A stretch of DNA of 64,000 nt from a bacterium. Its GTDB lineage: Bacteria; Patescibacteriota; Microgenomatia; Daviesbacterales; UBA10151. Below, one piece after another: positions 7,058 to 17,017 of this stretch. The position numbers were made by a program, and so were the translations under genes. The first letter of the stretch is position 1, and each line of letters begins with the position of its first letter. The stretch covers positions 1 through 64,000 of the forward strand of contig JAJYNW010000015.1 of the NCBI GenBank assembly GCA_021786105.1, written 5' to 3'. The notes under the pieces are model-generated. The model was given only the letters and a program-made list of their open reading frames with translations, searched no databases and was not told the origin of the DNA.

Positions 7058-9256
7058 ATGGACAAAGTTTATGATCAAACCAAAATAGAAGAAAAATGGT
7101 ACAAATTTTGGGAAAAAGAAAACTTTTTCAAACCGGAAATCAATCCGGAGGGCCAACCTTATACCATTATTTTGCCTCCGCCCAACGCCAATGCGCCTTT
7201 GCATTTTGGTCACGCCTTGTATACGGTGGAAGATATTTTAATCAGGTATCACCGGATGAAAGGCGAGGCGGCTTTATGGTTGCCTGGTTCAGACCATGCT
7301 GGTTTTGAAACCCAATACGTTTTTGAAAAACACTTGGCAAAAGAAGGCAAATCCCGCTTTGACTATGACCGGCCCACCCTTTACCAGATGATTTGGGATT
7401 TTGTCCAAACCAACAAAGGCACTATGGAAAGCCAACTGCGCAAATTAGGCTTTTCTTTAGACTGGTCCCGGGAAAAATTTACCTTATATCCGGATATTGT
7501 CAAAGTTGTTTATAAAACCTTTAAAAAATTATTTGATGATGATTTGGTTTACCGGGGACTAAGAATTGTTAACTACTGCACCAAAGACGGCACCTCCTTT
7601 TCTGATTTGGAAGTTTTGTACGAGGACCGGACTACCCCGCTTTACTACATTAAATATGGCCCGCTGACTTTAGCCACCACCCGGCTGGAAACTAAATTTG
7701 GCGATACTGCGGTGGCAGTCCACCCAGATGACAAACGCTACCAAAAATATATTGGTCAAACTTTAGATATTGAAACAGCCATCGGCCCGGCCAAAATTAA
7801 GGTCATTGCTGACAAAGCGGTTGATCCGAAGTTTGGCACCGGCGTAGTCAAAGTTACTCCGGCCCACTCGGCAGTTGATTTTGAAATCGGCCAGCGGCAC
7901 GATCTGGAAATCAAACAAGTTATTGGCTTTGACGGCCGGCTTAATGAAAAAGCCGGCAAGTTTGCCGGCATGCGGGTTAAGGAAGCCCGCCGGGCAATTG
8001 CTGAAGAAATGCAGAAAAAGGGACTGATTGAAAAAATTGATGAAAATTATCAAAACCGGGTGGGCGTTTGCTACAAATGCGGCACAGATATTGAACCATT
8101 ACCTTTGGAACAATGGTTTATCAAAGTTTCTGTTTTAGCCAAAAAAGCTATGGAGGCAGTTAAAAAAGGCGAAATTAAACTTTACCCCAAAAATTGGGAG
8201 TCTACTTATTTTAATTGGCTGAAAAATATCAAAGACTGGAATATTTCCCGCCAAATTGTCTGGGGGATGCAAATCCCGGCTTGGAAATGCCTCAAATGTG
8301 ACAAATGGATCGTCACCAAAGGCGAACCGCCCCACCAGTGCTCTCATTGCAAACATTCCTTGCTGGAACGCGACTCTGATGTGTTTGATACCTGGTTTTC
8401 CTCAAGCCAGTGGCCATTTGCCACTTTGCAAACTACCAAACCGGGCGATTTTGAGAAATTCTACCCCACTTCAGTCATGGAAACCGGTTATGACATTTTG
8501 CCATTTTGGGTAATCCGGATGATTATGATTGGCATTTATGCCACCGGTGAAATACCTTTTAAAGATGTACTTTTGCATGGCAAGATTTTGGATCCTTTAG
8601 GCAAAAAGATGAGCAAGAGTAAGGGCAATGTGGTCAACCCGATTGAAATTGCTGACCAATACGGAGCTGATGCTTTACGGATGGCTTTAATGTATGGCAA
8701 TGCTTTTGGTCACGACCAGGCTTTATCTCACCCCAAATTACAAGCCATGCGCAATTTTACCAATAAGCTCTGGAATATTGGCCGCTTTATTATTGACTTT
8801 GCCCCGGCCGATGCCAAGCATCTAGACCCATCCACCCCTTCTGTTATTGCGAGGAGCGAAGGGGGCCCACACTCGAAGAGTGGGGACAAGCAATCTGACT
8901 CAGACAATTCCCATACGCAGATTGCTTCGCTAATCGCTCGCAATGACAATCGAGATGACAAACAAATCCTAGAAAAACTATCCCAAACCATCGTAACAGT
9001 AACTAAAGCTTTGGATTCTTATAGATTTCATGATGCCTCAGATACTTTATATGAATTTATCTGGCATCAATTTGCTGACAAATATATTGAATCCACCAAA
9101 AACAGACGGACCGAAGCCCAACCAATTCTAGAATATGTTTTCCGGACTTGCTTGGAATTATTACACCCCTTCATGCCATACATCACAGAAGAAATTTGGC
9201 AAAAGTTACCTCATCAAGGGGATTCGATCATGATTACTAACTGGCCGCGTGCGTAA
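7058..9256 (+). CDS. valS: valine--tRNA ligase
   Basis: PPPNAN..LHFGH (HIGH), DHAG, GTGVVKVTPAH, DWNISRQI.WG, DTWFSS and KMSKS motifs. Confidence 0.96.
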   Translation: MDKVYDQTKIEEKWYKFWEKENFFKPEINPEGQPYTIILPPPNANAPLHFGHALYTVEDILIRYHRMKGEAALWLPGSDHAGFETQYVFEKHLAKEGKSRFDYDRPTLYQMIWDFVQTNKGTMESQLRKLGFSLDWSREKFTLYPDIVKVVYKTFKKLFDDDLVYRGLRIVNYCTKDGTSFSDLEVLYEDRTTPLYYIKYGPLTLATTRLETKFGDTAVAVHPDDKRYQKYIGQTLDIETAIGPAKIKVIADKAVDPKFGTGVVKVTPAHSAVDFEIGQRHDLEIKQVIGFDGRLNEKAGKFAGMRVKEARRAIAEEMQKKGLIEKIDENYQNRVGVCYKCGTDIEPLPLEQWFIKVSVLAKKAMEAVKKGEIKLYPKNWESTYFNWLKNIKDWNISRQIVWGMQIPAWKCLKCDKWIVTKGEPPHQCSHCKHSLLERDSDVFDTWFSSSQWPFATLQTTKPGDFEKFYPTSVMETGYDILPFWVIRMIMIGIYATGEIPFKDVLLHGKILDPLGKKMSKSKGNVVNPIEIADQYGADALRMALMYGNAFGHDQALSHPKLQAMRNFTNKLWNIGRFIIDFAPADAKHLDPSTPSVIARSEGGPHSKSGDKQSDSDNSHTQIASLIARNDNRDDKQILEKLSQTIVTVTKALDSYRFHDASDTLYEFIWHQFADKYIESTKNRRTEAQPILEYVFRTCLELLHPFMPYITEEIWQKLPHQGDSIMITNWPRA
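8842..8948. repeat. in-frame REP/RPE-like palindromic element inside valS
   Basis: TGTTATTGCGAG.../...CTCGCAATGACA outer arms and AAGCAATCTG/CAGATTGCTT inner arms; translated VIARSE...KQS...IASLIARND. Confidence 0.85.
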
Positions 9257-9310
9257 ATTTCCCGTAAAATAACCGTAAAACTCCCGCAAAACGGATTAAT
9301 TGGAGATAAA

Positions 9311-10054
9311 TCACTCTTTCGGAGCTTCTTCTTGGGACTGCTCAGCTGGCTTTTCTTCTCCACCTTCTTTAGGAGCTTCACCTTCAACCGGAGCTTCTGC
9401 TCCTGCTTCACCAACCTCCGCAGCTGTTTCGGCAGCAGTCTGAGCCGCTGCTTCGGCCGCCTCTTCTGCCATTTGTTTCTGCATCTCTTCAGTGATGGCC
9501 GGAGCCAGCTTAACTACTATTTCATCCTCTTGAGCATCAACCGTTAATTTACTCCGGTCAAAGTTAAGCTGCCCTACTGTAATAGCATCATCGATATTTT
9601 GCAGAGGGGTAATATCAATTTCAATATTCTCTACTAAATCAGTCGGCAAAGCTTCCACCTCCAGCTCGTGCATGGTTTGCAGCACAATCGTCTCACCCAG
9701 CTTAACCGATTCCGGCTCTTCCCCTTTCAAAACCAAAGGTACCGGCACTTTTACTTTTTGGGTCAAATTAACTTGATAAAAATCAATGTGAATGGGTTCG
9801 CCGGAAATGGGGTCATATTGAACACCCCGGACCATGACAGGCCGGACTTTTTCCGCCCCGATCTTTAAATCGATCAAACCAGTTTCTCCGGCTTCCCCAA
9901 AAGTTTTTAAAAACGTTTTTTTGTCCACCGTCACTGATTCAGTTTCTACTTTCTTGCCGAAAACATGGGCCGGTAACTGCCCATTTCTTCGTAGAGCTTT
10001 AACTTTTTTACCTAGGACTTTTCTTTCTTCGGCATGTAAACTTAATCTATCCAT
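9311..10054 (-). CDS. rplY: 50S ribosomal protein L25/Ctc
   Basis: GKKVKALRRNGQLPAHVFG and VQYDPISGEPIHIDFYQV motifs; acidic tail. Confidence 0.93.
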   Translation of the reverse strand: MDRLSLHAEERKVLGKKVKALRRNGQLPAHVFGKKVETESVTVDKKTFLKTFGEAGETGLIDLKIGAEKVRPVMVRGVQYDPISGEPIHIDFYQVNLTQKVKVPVPLVLKGEEPESVKLGETIVLQTMHELEVEALPTDLVENIEIDITPLQNIDDAITVGQLNFDRSKLTVDAQEDEIVVKLAPAITEEMQKQMAEEAAEAAAQTAAETAAEVGEAGAEAPVEGEAPKEGGEEKPAEQSQEEAPKE

Positions 10055-10102
10055 ATATTTTAACTAAGGTAATTTACCACATTTGAGCCTGTTGAGCAAG
10101 GC

Positions 10103-13021
10103 TTATTTCTTAAACTCCACTTCAAAGCTACGATCCCGGGATAAATCGGTGGAAATTGTTTGTTCCTGTGGCCCCAAAGAGCTGGTTTGATCAGAAACCA
10201 CTTGGTAACTAATCGGATAACTGATTGACCACTGCAGCGGATCATTTAAAGTTCCGGGTTGCTTAATAACATCCAGTCGATAAGCAGCCTGGCCATTGGC
10301 AAATTCCAATTTAACCGGCACTGAATAATCCAGCACCAAAGTCTTTTGCTCTTTCGGAGCCAACTCCAAAAGCATGGAATAACCGGACCGGCCGTAGTCT
10401 ACAAAGCTGATGACATCTTTGGTAATCTCGCTTTCTCCCCACAACGCCCGGGTTAATTTAGTCCCAAACGGCAAATAAACCCGCATCCGGTTTTTGTATC
10501 TACCGCCTGGGAAAGTCTCAGACGGACTCCTGTTGGTATAATTTATCCGCAGCCGGTGACTAACTTCCCCATCCATCCCCACTACCGTTTCTAGTTTATA
10601 ACTCCTATCCAAATAGTAATTGACTTTATCTGCCCCTAAGTTTGCTTCCACCACACTCAGAAAATCCTTTTTATCATCTGACTGCCGCGGTAAGACATGA
10701 GCCCAACCTTGGGAATCCAGGTAGGAAAAAAGCTTGGGGTTATCCAGGTAAATACTGATATGCTTTTCATCCAAGGACTTACCTAAAGCCGATACGATCC
10801 CGGACCAGTTATTTTGCGGCAGGAAGAAAATTTTATTAAAAGCTTGATTCGTCAGTGCGGTCAAAAAGCTTTTTTTAGCCTGGGACCCCGGGAAGAACCC
10901 CACTTCTGCATGCGTAATCGCCTTTTCAAATAGATTGTCGGCAGTAATTGTTTCGTTATAATCCGATAAATCCAGCGGACCGATCACCGAAAGCAGCTCC
11001 TCCATGGCGGAAATATCCAAGGCCACCACTCCTTCTACCCGCTCCCCAACCTCTTTGTTGTAAAACCACTCAGCTTGCCGGGCGCTAGTGGGAAAATCCG
11101 GCTCCCAGTTGGAATCGCGCAAAAACCAATCTTTTTGTCCTAAATCTTCTTTAATCTCCTTGGGCGGTTCAACATGAATGGATAACTGACCATCAATATT
11201 ATAAATATCATTAACCTCCAGCTTTTTAAGCTTTCCTCCTTCAAAAGAAATTTTGGCAAAAGAACCTATAAACCCGCCAGCAGGCCTTAGTTCCATGTTG
11301 TTTTGCAGCAGCACCAAATAGCTTTTATTGCCATTTATGGCCACCAGCTCCGGCAGCAACACACTCATGGCCCGGGCCTGGCTCACTAAGTTACTATAAA
11401 GATCAACTTTTTTGGATAAATTAACCACCTCCGGTTTTAGGACACCCGGTACGCTCTGATCAAAATTCTGATCCTTCAAAAGGGCTGAAACCCGGGAAAT
11501 ATCTTCGCTGGCTGAAGTCAAATTCACCTGAGCTGAATTAAAATAACCGGCCGGCGTCTCAGTTTTCTCCCCGGTTACCGCCTTTAAACTTTGCAAAAGC
11601 GCCTGCATGCCTAAAACAGTATTTTCCGCTGAATTCCCCGCCAAGATGGATAAGTCGATTAAATTATTTGCCAGCTCAAATTGTTCCTCAAACATCCCGG
11701 ATTTCCGCAGCGGTTCAAAAGTAGTAATAATAGATTTTGCCGCCAAGGCACCGTTGTTAGCCTGCTCGATATTGTTTAAACTGGCTTCAAAATCCCCTTT
11801 CCCCAAACTTTTCAAACCCTCATTTAACTGGCTGCGAAAGGTAAAAATTCCCCATCCTAAAACCAATACCGGCCAAATTAGGGCATACCCTATTAGTAAC
11901 ATCACTAAAATTAAATAGATTTTTGATAAAGGTCGGGAAAATTTGGATAACTGACTCCCCTGCTTTGTTTTCTTTTCCGATTCTTTCCTACTCCCTAGTT
12001 TAAATAACTCCAGTTCCTCTTTTTTTTCTTCCGACAACTCAATCTTTTCCTTCTTCTCCTCTATCTTCTTTCCAGCTTCTAACTTCTCACTTCTAACCTC
12101 TATTTTCGGCACCTCAATTTCATTATCTTTAAAGTAACTCAAGGTTTTCCTCAAACTGCTCACCAATGAAGACTTTACCTGCCAATTTAAAAACCTAATG
12201 GTTTTTTCCAAGTTAGGGGTGGGCCAAGGCGGCAACTCGGAAGGGCTAAAGCTTTTATTCTCATACCAAACTGGATCCATCAAAACCATTTTAATTTCCG
12301 CCACCTTAATAGGGGTAGACGACACCCCATCAAAAATCTTTTGGGCGGTACTTCCGGCCATGATCGTTCTGATCATCAAATCCACTGCATCGAAAATATA
12401 TAAAGCCCGGGAGGAAAATTCCAAAGCTACATCCTTCTGCAAATCGCCGTTTAGCGCTTGCTGAAGCAGTTTGACAATCGGGTCTTTAGCCTCAAAATTC
12501 ATCCTAGGACCAAAAACCGCCCCCAACCTTAACACCCGGGCATTTAAATTGTGCTCATTGGCAAATCTGGCAATCCGACCCTCAATCTCCTTTAACCATG
12601 CTAAGTCTTTCTCGTCTTTATCCTTTTCGTAGAGATCGATCGAAGATACCAACAAACACCGACATTTGGTTTCCTTGAAAAGATCCAAAACTTTTCCAAG
12701 ATTTCCCTTAGTAGTAGGTAAAATAAAAATGTAGTCCAGTCTCGCTAAATCCAAATCCAGTTTATCAGGGGATTCCAAAATCAGGTGGAAGTTGCGGTTT
12801 TCTGTGGCCTCTTTTAAATTTCTCTTTTCTCCCTCCTCCAAGTCATCAACTCCGATCACCTGTATTCCCTTATCCAACAGCTTATCAACCAAATTAGAAC
12901 CCAAAAATCCTGCGGCTCCCACAACTAAAGCCACCGGACTATTTCGCGAAAGGTTTATACTAGCTTTGCCGATGCTATTATCGGTAATTTCGCCCACGGG
13001 TAAATCGTAGCACTCTAACAT
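10103..13021 (-). CDS. NAD-dependent epimerase-like domain fused via a TM to a DUF4012 domain
   Basis: LVVGAAGFLGS Rossmann motif; TM; YLVLLQNNMELRPAGGFIGS and LRDSNW.PDFPTSA DUF4012 motifs. Confidence 0.8.
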   Translation of the reverse strand: MLECYDLPVGEITDNSIGKASINLSRNSPVALVVGAAGFLGSNLVDKLLDKGIQVIGVDDLEEGEKRNLKEATENRNFHLILESPDKLDLDLARLDYIFILPTTKGNLGKVLDLFKETKCRCLLVSSIDLYEKDKDEKDLAWLKEIEGRIARFANEHNLNARVLRLGAVFGPRMNFEAKDPIVKLLQQALNGDLQKDVALEFSSRALYIFDAVDLMIRTIMAGSTAQKIFDGVSSTPIKVAEIKMVLMDPVWYENKSFSPSELPPWPTPNLEKTIRFLNWQVKSSLVSSLRKTLSYFKDNEIEVPKIEVRSEKLEAGKKIEEKKEKIELSEEKKEELELFKLGSRKESEKKTKQGSQLSKFSRPLSKIYLILVMLLIGYALIWPVLVLGWGIFTFRSQLNEGLKSLGKGDFEASLNNIEQANNGALAAKSIITTFEPLRKSGMFEEQFELANNLIDLSILAGNSAENTVLGMQALLQSLKAVTGEKTETPAGYFNSAQVNLTSASEDISRVSALLKDQNFDQSVPGVLKPEVVNLSKKVDLYSNLVSQARAMSVLLPELVAINGNKSYLVLLQNNMELRPAGGFIGSFAKISFEGGKLKKLEVNDIYNIDGQLSIHVEPPKEIKEDLGQKDWFLRDSNWEPDFPTSARQAEWFYNKEVGERVEGVVALDISAMEELLSVIGPLDLSDYNETITADNLFEKAITHAEVGFFPGSQAKKSFLTALTNQAFNKIFFLPQNNWSGIVSALGKSLDEKHISIYLDNPKLFSYLDSQGWAHVLPRQSDDKKDFLSVVEANLGADKVNYYLDRSYKLETVVGMDGEVSHRLRINYTNRSPSETFPGGRYKNRMRVYLPFGTKLTRALWGESEITKDVISFVDYGRSGYSMLLELAPKEQKTLVLDYSVPVKLEFANGQAAYRLDVIKQPGTLNDPLQWSISYPISYQVVSDQTSSLGPQEQTISTDLSRDRSFEVEFKK

Positions 13022-13060
13022 ATAAAATCAAGAGTACGGAAAGGTGACATTCTATGTCAT

Positions 13061-13483
13061 TTAGCGGGAATCTAAAGCCCAATTGGCCAATTTATCTGCG
13101 GCGGTATTTTTTTCCCGGGGCACGTGAGTATAAACTACGCCACCTAACTCTATCGCTAAAATTTTAATTTCTTCAATGATTGGTTTTAGATGGGGGCTTT
13201 TAATTTTATACCGGCCGGATAATTGCTCCGCCACCAATTTCGAGTCAGCAAACAATGCCACTTTAACCGGCTCAGCAGAAAACATTTCCTTAACTTTTTT
13301 AAACGCCTCTGAAACTGCAGTGTATTCTGCCACATTATTGGTTGTAGTTCCGATATAGCGACCCTCCTCATAAAGCAACTTACCACTGCCATCAGAAATA
13401 GTAAAACCATAACTGGCCGGTCCAGGATTACCGCGGGAGGCTCCGTCTGTATAGATAATTATTTTCATGTAAATATTCTTCAA
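13061..13483 (-). CDS. rnhA: ribonuclease HI
   Basis: YTDGASRGNPGPA, TNNVAEY, DSKLV, HVPREKN..ADKLAN motifs. Confidence 0.92.
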   Translation of the reverse strand: MKNIYMKIIIYTDGASRGNPGPASYGFTISDGSGKLLYEEGRYIGTTTNNVAEYTAVSEAFKKVKEMFSAEPVKVALFADSKLVAEQLSGRYKIKSPHLKPIIEEIKILAIELGGVVYTHVPREKNTAADKLANWALDSR

Positions 13484-13486
13484 ACG

Positions 13487-13550
13487 TAGTGAGAAGTTTC
13501 CTAAAAATTAAAATAGTTTCCCACGTAAGTTCTCGCTTCGCTCGAACAAT
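13487..13550. repeat. palindromic element overlapping the flippase 3' end
   Basis: ATTCTTCAAACGTAGTGAGAA...TTCTCGCTTCGCTCGAACAAT arms with the CGCTTCGCTC motif. Confidence 0.55.
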
Positions 13551-14743
13551 AATACCATAATCTGCATGACCAAAATAAGGTATTCAGAGATTACTGTGAT
13601 CCAGGAAGCGGCAAAGAAAGAATACTTCGGGATATAGATAAAATTTAAAACCAGGTTAAAAATCAACCCCAACGTGTAAAGGAAAAACAAACTCTTATAC
13701 TTATTTTTGGCCACCAGCATCCACATCAAAAGTGATGACAAAAAATAGGCCGGAAACCCCAAGGATAATATCTGCAAAGATAAAGCTGACCCGGCAAATC
13801 CTCCGCCGGTTAAAATCTTAATTATTAAAGGCGCAAAAATTAAAGTAAAAATTGTTCCCGTCACAGACAATCCCAGCAATCCCATCCCCACCAGCTTTAC
13901 CTTATTTAAAGATTTCAGCATCATCGGATAATAAGCATTCATAATAAAAGTCGGCAAAACCAGGGCCGACTGAAAAACCGAATAAGCCGCATTATAAACA
14001 CCGGCATCCGATATTGATTTATAATAAGCCACCATAAAAGAATCAGCACGGAAATATAACACATTTAAAGACAGCGTCGCCGCGATCGGCCAGGATTCTT
14101 TAAATAATTTAACGGCATAATTAAAATCAAACAGGGGAACAATCTGACGGACAAATCTGTGCACCAGCAAAAGGGCAGTTAAAGCAATCGCTACCCAACC
14201 CAGTAAATGGGCAATCAGCAATATCGAAACCGGATATTTAGCAAAGGATAGAAATATAAAAATCGCCAGACTAATCAAAGTGCCCAAGCTTGACGCCAAA
14301 ACTGACAGGTTATATTTCAGCTCACCCTGAAAAATTAAATTACAGGTGATAAATACCGAGGAGGCGATAATGGCCAGACTGCCAAAAATCACCGCCCTGT
14401 TAAACTCCGGTGTGCTAAACGGCCAAAAGAGGAGTAAGGCTACCGCCAAAACAACCAGTACCATCGACCACAATATTCTGGTTCCCAGCAATTTCCGCCA
14501 GTCTCTACTAATCTGGGACTTGGTCAACCCATTAAATTGACGTAATGCATGGGCATTAAAACCAAAGTCACCTAACAGGTAAAAAATTGCCAAGTAAGTT
14601 AGCGCTAAAGTAAACACTCCGGTGCCGTTCGGTCCATATATCCGAGCCACCAGACCCAAGATGATAAAAGTTGACAGGGAAGTAACCCCCTTACCCAATA
14701 TCTGCCAGCCGGTTTGCTCCAAAATCTTAGGTAGTTTTTGCAT
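13508..14743 (-). CDS. polysaccharide biosynthesis flippase (Wzx-like/MOP superfamily)
   Basis: About 12 TMs; DFG, YFRADSFM and GVYNAAY motifs. Confidence 0.85.
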   Translation of the reverse strand: MQKLPKILEQTGWQILGKGVTSLSTFIILGLVARIYGPNGTGVFTLALTYLAIFYLLGDFGFNAHALRQFNGLTKSQISRDWRKLLGTRILWSMVLVVLAVALLLFWPFSTPEFNRAVIFGSLAIIASSVFITCNLIFQGELKYNLSVLASSLGTLISLAIFIFLSFAKYPVSILLIAHLLGWVAIALTALLLVHRFVRQIVPLFDFNYAVKLFKESWPIAATLSLNVLYFRADSFMVAYYKSISDAGVYNAAYSVFQSALVLPTFIMNAYYPMMLKSLNKVKLVGMGLLGLSVTGTIFTLIFAPLIIKILTGGGFAGSALSLQILSLGFPAYFLSSLLMWMLVAKNKYKSLFFLYTLGLIFNLVLNFIYIPKYSFFAASWITVISEYLILVMQIMVLLFERSENLRGKLF

Positions 14744-14805
14744 TTTTACATTCTAACCAACTTCACAGCTGAAAACAATTAAAACACATCTGATATACTG
14801 CTGTT

Positions 14806-15345
14806 ATGCCGCTTTACTTTATTACCGGGAGCAAGCATAAATTCTACGAAACCCAAAACCTACTTCCGGATATTAAACAATTAGACATCAAACTGCCGGA
14901 ACTGCAAGAAATTGATGCGCATAAAATCATTTCCGCTAAACTAGAGGAGGCTTTTAACCACCATACCGGTGAATTTATCGTGGAGGATACCTCACTGCAC
15001 TTGGACTGCTTAAACGGATTGCCCGGACCCTTAATCAAATGGTTCCTCAAAGCCTTGGGCACTAAAGGCTTATACCAAATTACCAAAAAACTTGACAACA
15101 ATCACGCCACTGCCATAACTATCATCGGTTATGCTAAAGACCGCAATCATATCCATTTCGTTGAAGGGGAAGTCACCGGACAAATCGTGTCACCCCGGGG
15201 CAGTAACGAATTTGGTTGGAACAATATCTTCCAACCTGCCGGCTTTAATAAAACTTTTGCCGAAATGACCACCACGGAAAAAAACTCCATTAGCATGAGA
15301 GGGTTGGCCGTCAGTAGGCTTAAAAAGTTCTTAGAGAAAACTTAA
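14806..15345 (+). CDS. non-canonical purine NTP pyrophosphatase (Ham1/ITPase)
   Basis: FITGS.HK, LPELQE, VEDTSL, GLPGPLIKW, FGW..IF and KN.ISMR motifs. Confidence 0.9.
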   Translation: MPLYFITGSKHKFYETQNLLPDIKQLDIKLPELQEIDAHKIISAKLEEAFNHHTGEFIVEDTSLHLDCLNGLPGPLIKWFLKALGTKGLYQITKKLDNNHATAITIIGYAKDRNHIHFVEGEVTGQIVSPRGSNEFGWNNIFQPAGFNKTFAEMTTTEKNSISMRGLAVSRLKKFLEKT

Positions 15346-16551
15346 CGACAATCCCCACACCAAGAAAAATAAACGGTAACCTTGCGGCAGGGTCAAAAAA
15401 TAGTGATCAAACATCCCCAAAAAAAGAATCATAAACCAAAGCACTAACGCGACAGGCGACACACGACCAACAATTAGTTTCTTGATTGGATAACTAATAA
15501 AAAGTAAAAAACCGGCCAAACCAATAATCCCGGTTTCCGACAAAACCAGAAGAATTATATTATGCACTGGCTGCAAAAACCGGCTGGGCCCGGTCAGCAG
15601 ATCCCCGGCTGAGACAGGAACAAAATTATTTAACCCCACCCCAAAAACAGGTTTTGCCAAAAACATTTGCCAAGCACTGCCCATTAGCTCCTCCCGCCGC
15701 AACAGCGTTAAGCTGTCAAAATTGAATAAACTAGTAAACCTGGTAAAAAGAATGGGGGAAAGCATAAGTGTTATCACTATTATAGCCGTGAGCCATTTTC
15801 TTCTTAAAACAGTTAGTGCAATAAACCCAGCCAGTATTGCCACCCGGGACATCGACAAAAAAACAGCTAAGCAACCCAGCATTAAGCTTAATCTGGAAAC
15901 TCTTTGTTTTTCCCTTAACACTAAATACATAATACCTACTCCAATTAGGATGTAAGCTGCCAATAAATTGGGATGGGGAAATGTAGCATATGGTCTCAAA
16001 AACTGATAGCCATAAAAATCAAACTTGGCAATGCCTGGGGTAGACAAAGTAAAAGCTCTTTCTCCCAAAACCCACAGCCCCAAGGTAGAGCCCTTTAAAA
16101 ATTGTAGCAGGGCAATTGCCGATTCCCCAACGATCCCTAAACTTAAGGGCAGAAGAATCTTTTTCGACAAGCTTTTAAAATCCCCAGAGGCCAGAAAAAC
16201 TCCAAAAAATCCGGCTACAGTATATTGCTCCAGCCTGACCAATCCCGCCCCCAAATTTTGGGCACCCATCAGCGACAAGGCTTGGGTAAACAAAAAAAGT
16301 AATAATAAATTTAGAGCTAATTTGTTAATATGCGGCTTCTGGCAAAACCATATCACCAGCAGTCCTATTACCAAAATATCCCAAAAATACAAAGTAGGGG
16401 ACAAATAATCAATTTTTAGGGAATAAATATAGGCAAACTCAGGCCACAAATGTTTGCCAAGTTGAGTGGGTAAAAAAAGCAGGGTTAAAAACCAAAGAGA
16501 ATTTTCAATCCTCTTTAGTTTCAGCATCTGGTTTTTCTTCAGCAGATTCAT
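15331..16551 (-). CDS. O-antigen ligase/Wzy family membrane protein
   Basis: RPYATFPHPNLLA, SMSR, GVGLNNF, PVHNI..L..SETG motifs; start may be 16527. Confidence 0.85.
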   Translation of the reverse strand: MNLLKKNQMLKLKRIENSLWFLTLLFLPTQLGKHLWPEFAYIYSLKIDYLSPTLYFWDILVIGLLVIWFCQKPHINKLALNLLLLFLFTQALSLMGAQNLGAGLVRLEQYTVAGFFGVFLASGDFKSLSKKILLPLSLGIVGESAIALLQFLKGSTLGLWVLGERAFTLSTPGIAKFDFYGYQFLRPYATFPHPNLLAAYILIGVGIMYLVLREKQRVSRLSLMLGCLAVFLSMSRVAILAGFIALTVLRRKWLTAIIVITLMLSPILFTRFTSLFNFDSLTLLRREELMGSAWQMFLAKPVFGVGLNNFVPVSAGDLLTGPSRFLQPVHNIILLVLSETGIIGLAGFLLFISYPIKKLIVGRVSPVALVLWFMILFLGMFDHYFLTLPQGYRLFFLVWGLSLSFL

Positions 16552-17014
16552 CTTTACCAGCCGGCTGACTTGCAGGTTTTATCACAATGTGTCTGTCTCG
16601 ACCCTCTCCCACGCTTTCACTCTCTACGCCGTCCATTTCCGAAATTACCATATGGACAATTCTTCTTTGCCAAGCAGATTGCGGTTCCAGCTCAATTTCT
16701 TTGCCGCTTTCCACTACCTGTTTACCCCAGCTTTCTGCATCCTTAGCCAAATCTTCCTCTTTTTGCTTTCTCCAACCCTCTACATCTATCACCACTCTTT
16801 TAAACCCCTCTTCTCCCACTTTTCTGGAAAGCATTTGGTTAACTAGTAATTGCAAAGCATCCAAGGATTCACCCCTAGCTCCGATTAGCCTACCGGCATC
16901 TTTGGTTTCGATAGACACCAGAAAACTGTCGTCGCCTTCTTCGATCTCATAACTGCCTTCTAAAAGCAGCATTCCTAATAGATTGTCTAAAATATCTGAT
17001 AATTGTTGTTCCAT
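16505..17014 (-). CDS. jag: KH/R3H RNA-binding protein Jag (EloR/KhpB)
   Basis: LIGARGESLDALQ (KH) and RRIVH (R3H) motifs; downstream of yidC. Confidence 0.9.
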   Translation of the reverse strand: MEQQLSDILDNLLGMLLLEGSYEIEEGDDSFLVSIETKDAGRLIGARGESLDALQLLVNQMLSRKVGEEGFKRVVIDVEGWRKQKEEDLAKDAESWGKQVVESGKEIELEPQSAWQRRIVHMVISEMDGVESESVGEGRDRHIVIKPASQPAGKDESAEEKPDAETKED

Positions 17015-17017
17015 AAA

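Noticed and set aside
9252-9293. Short degenerate CCGTAAAA tandem repeats between valS and rplY
   Set aside because: Only 3-4 imperfect units without spacers; too weak to assign a function
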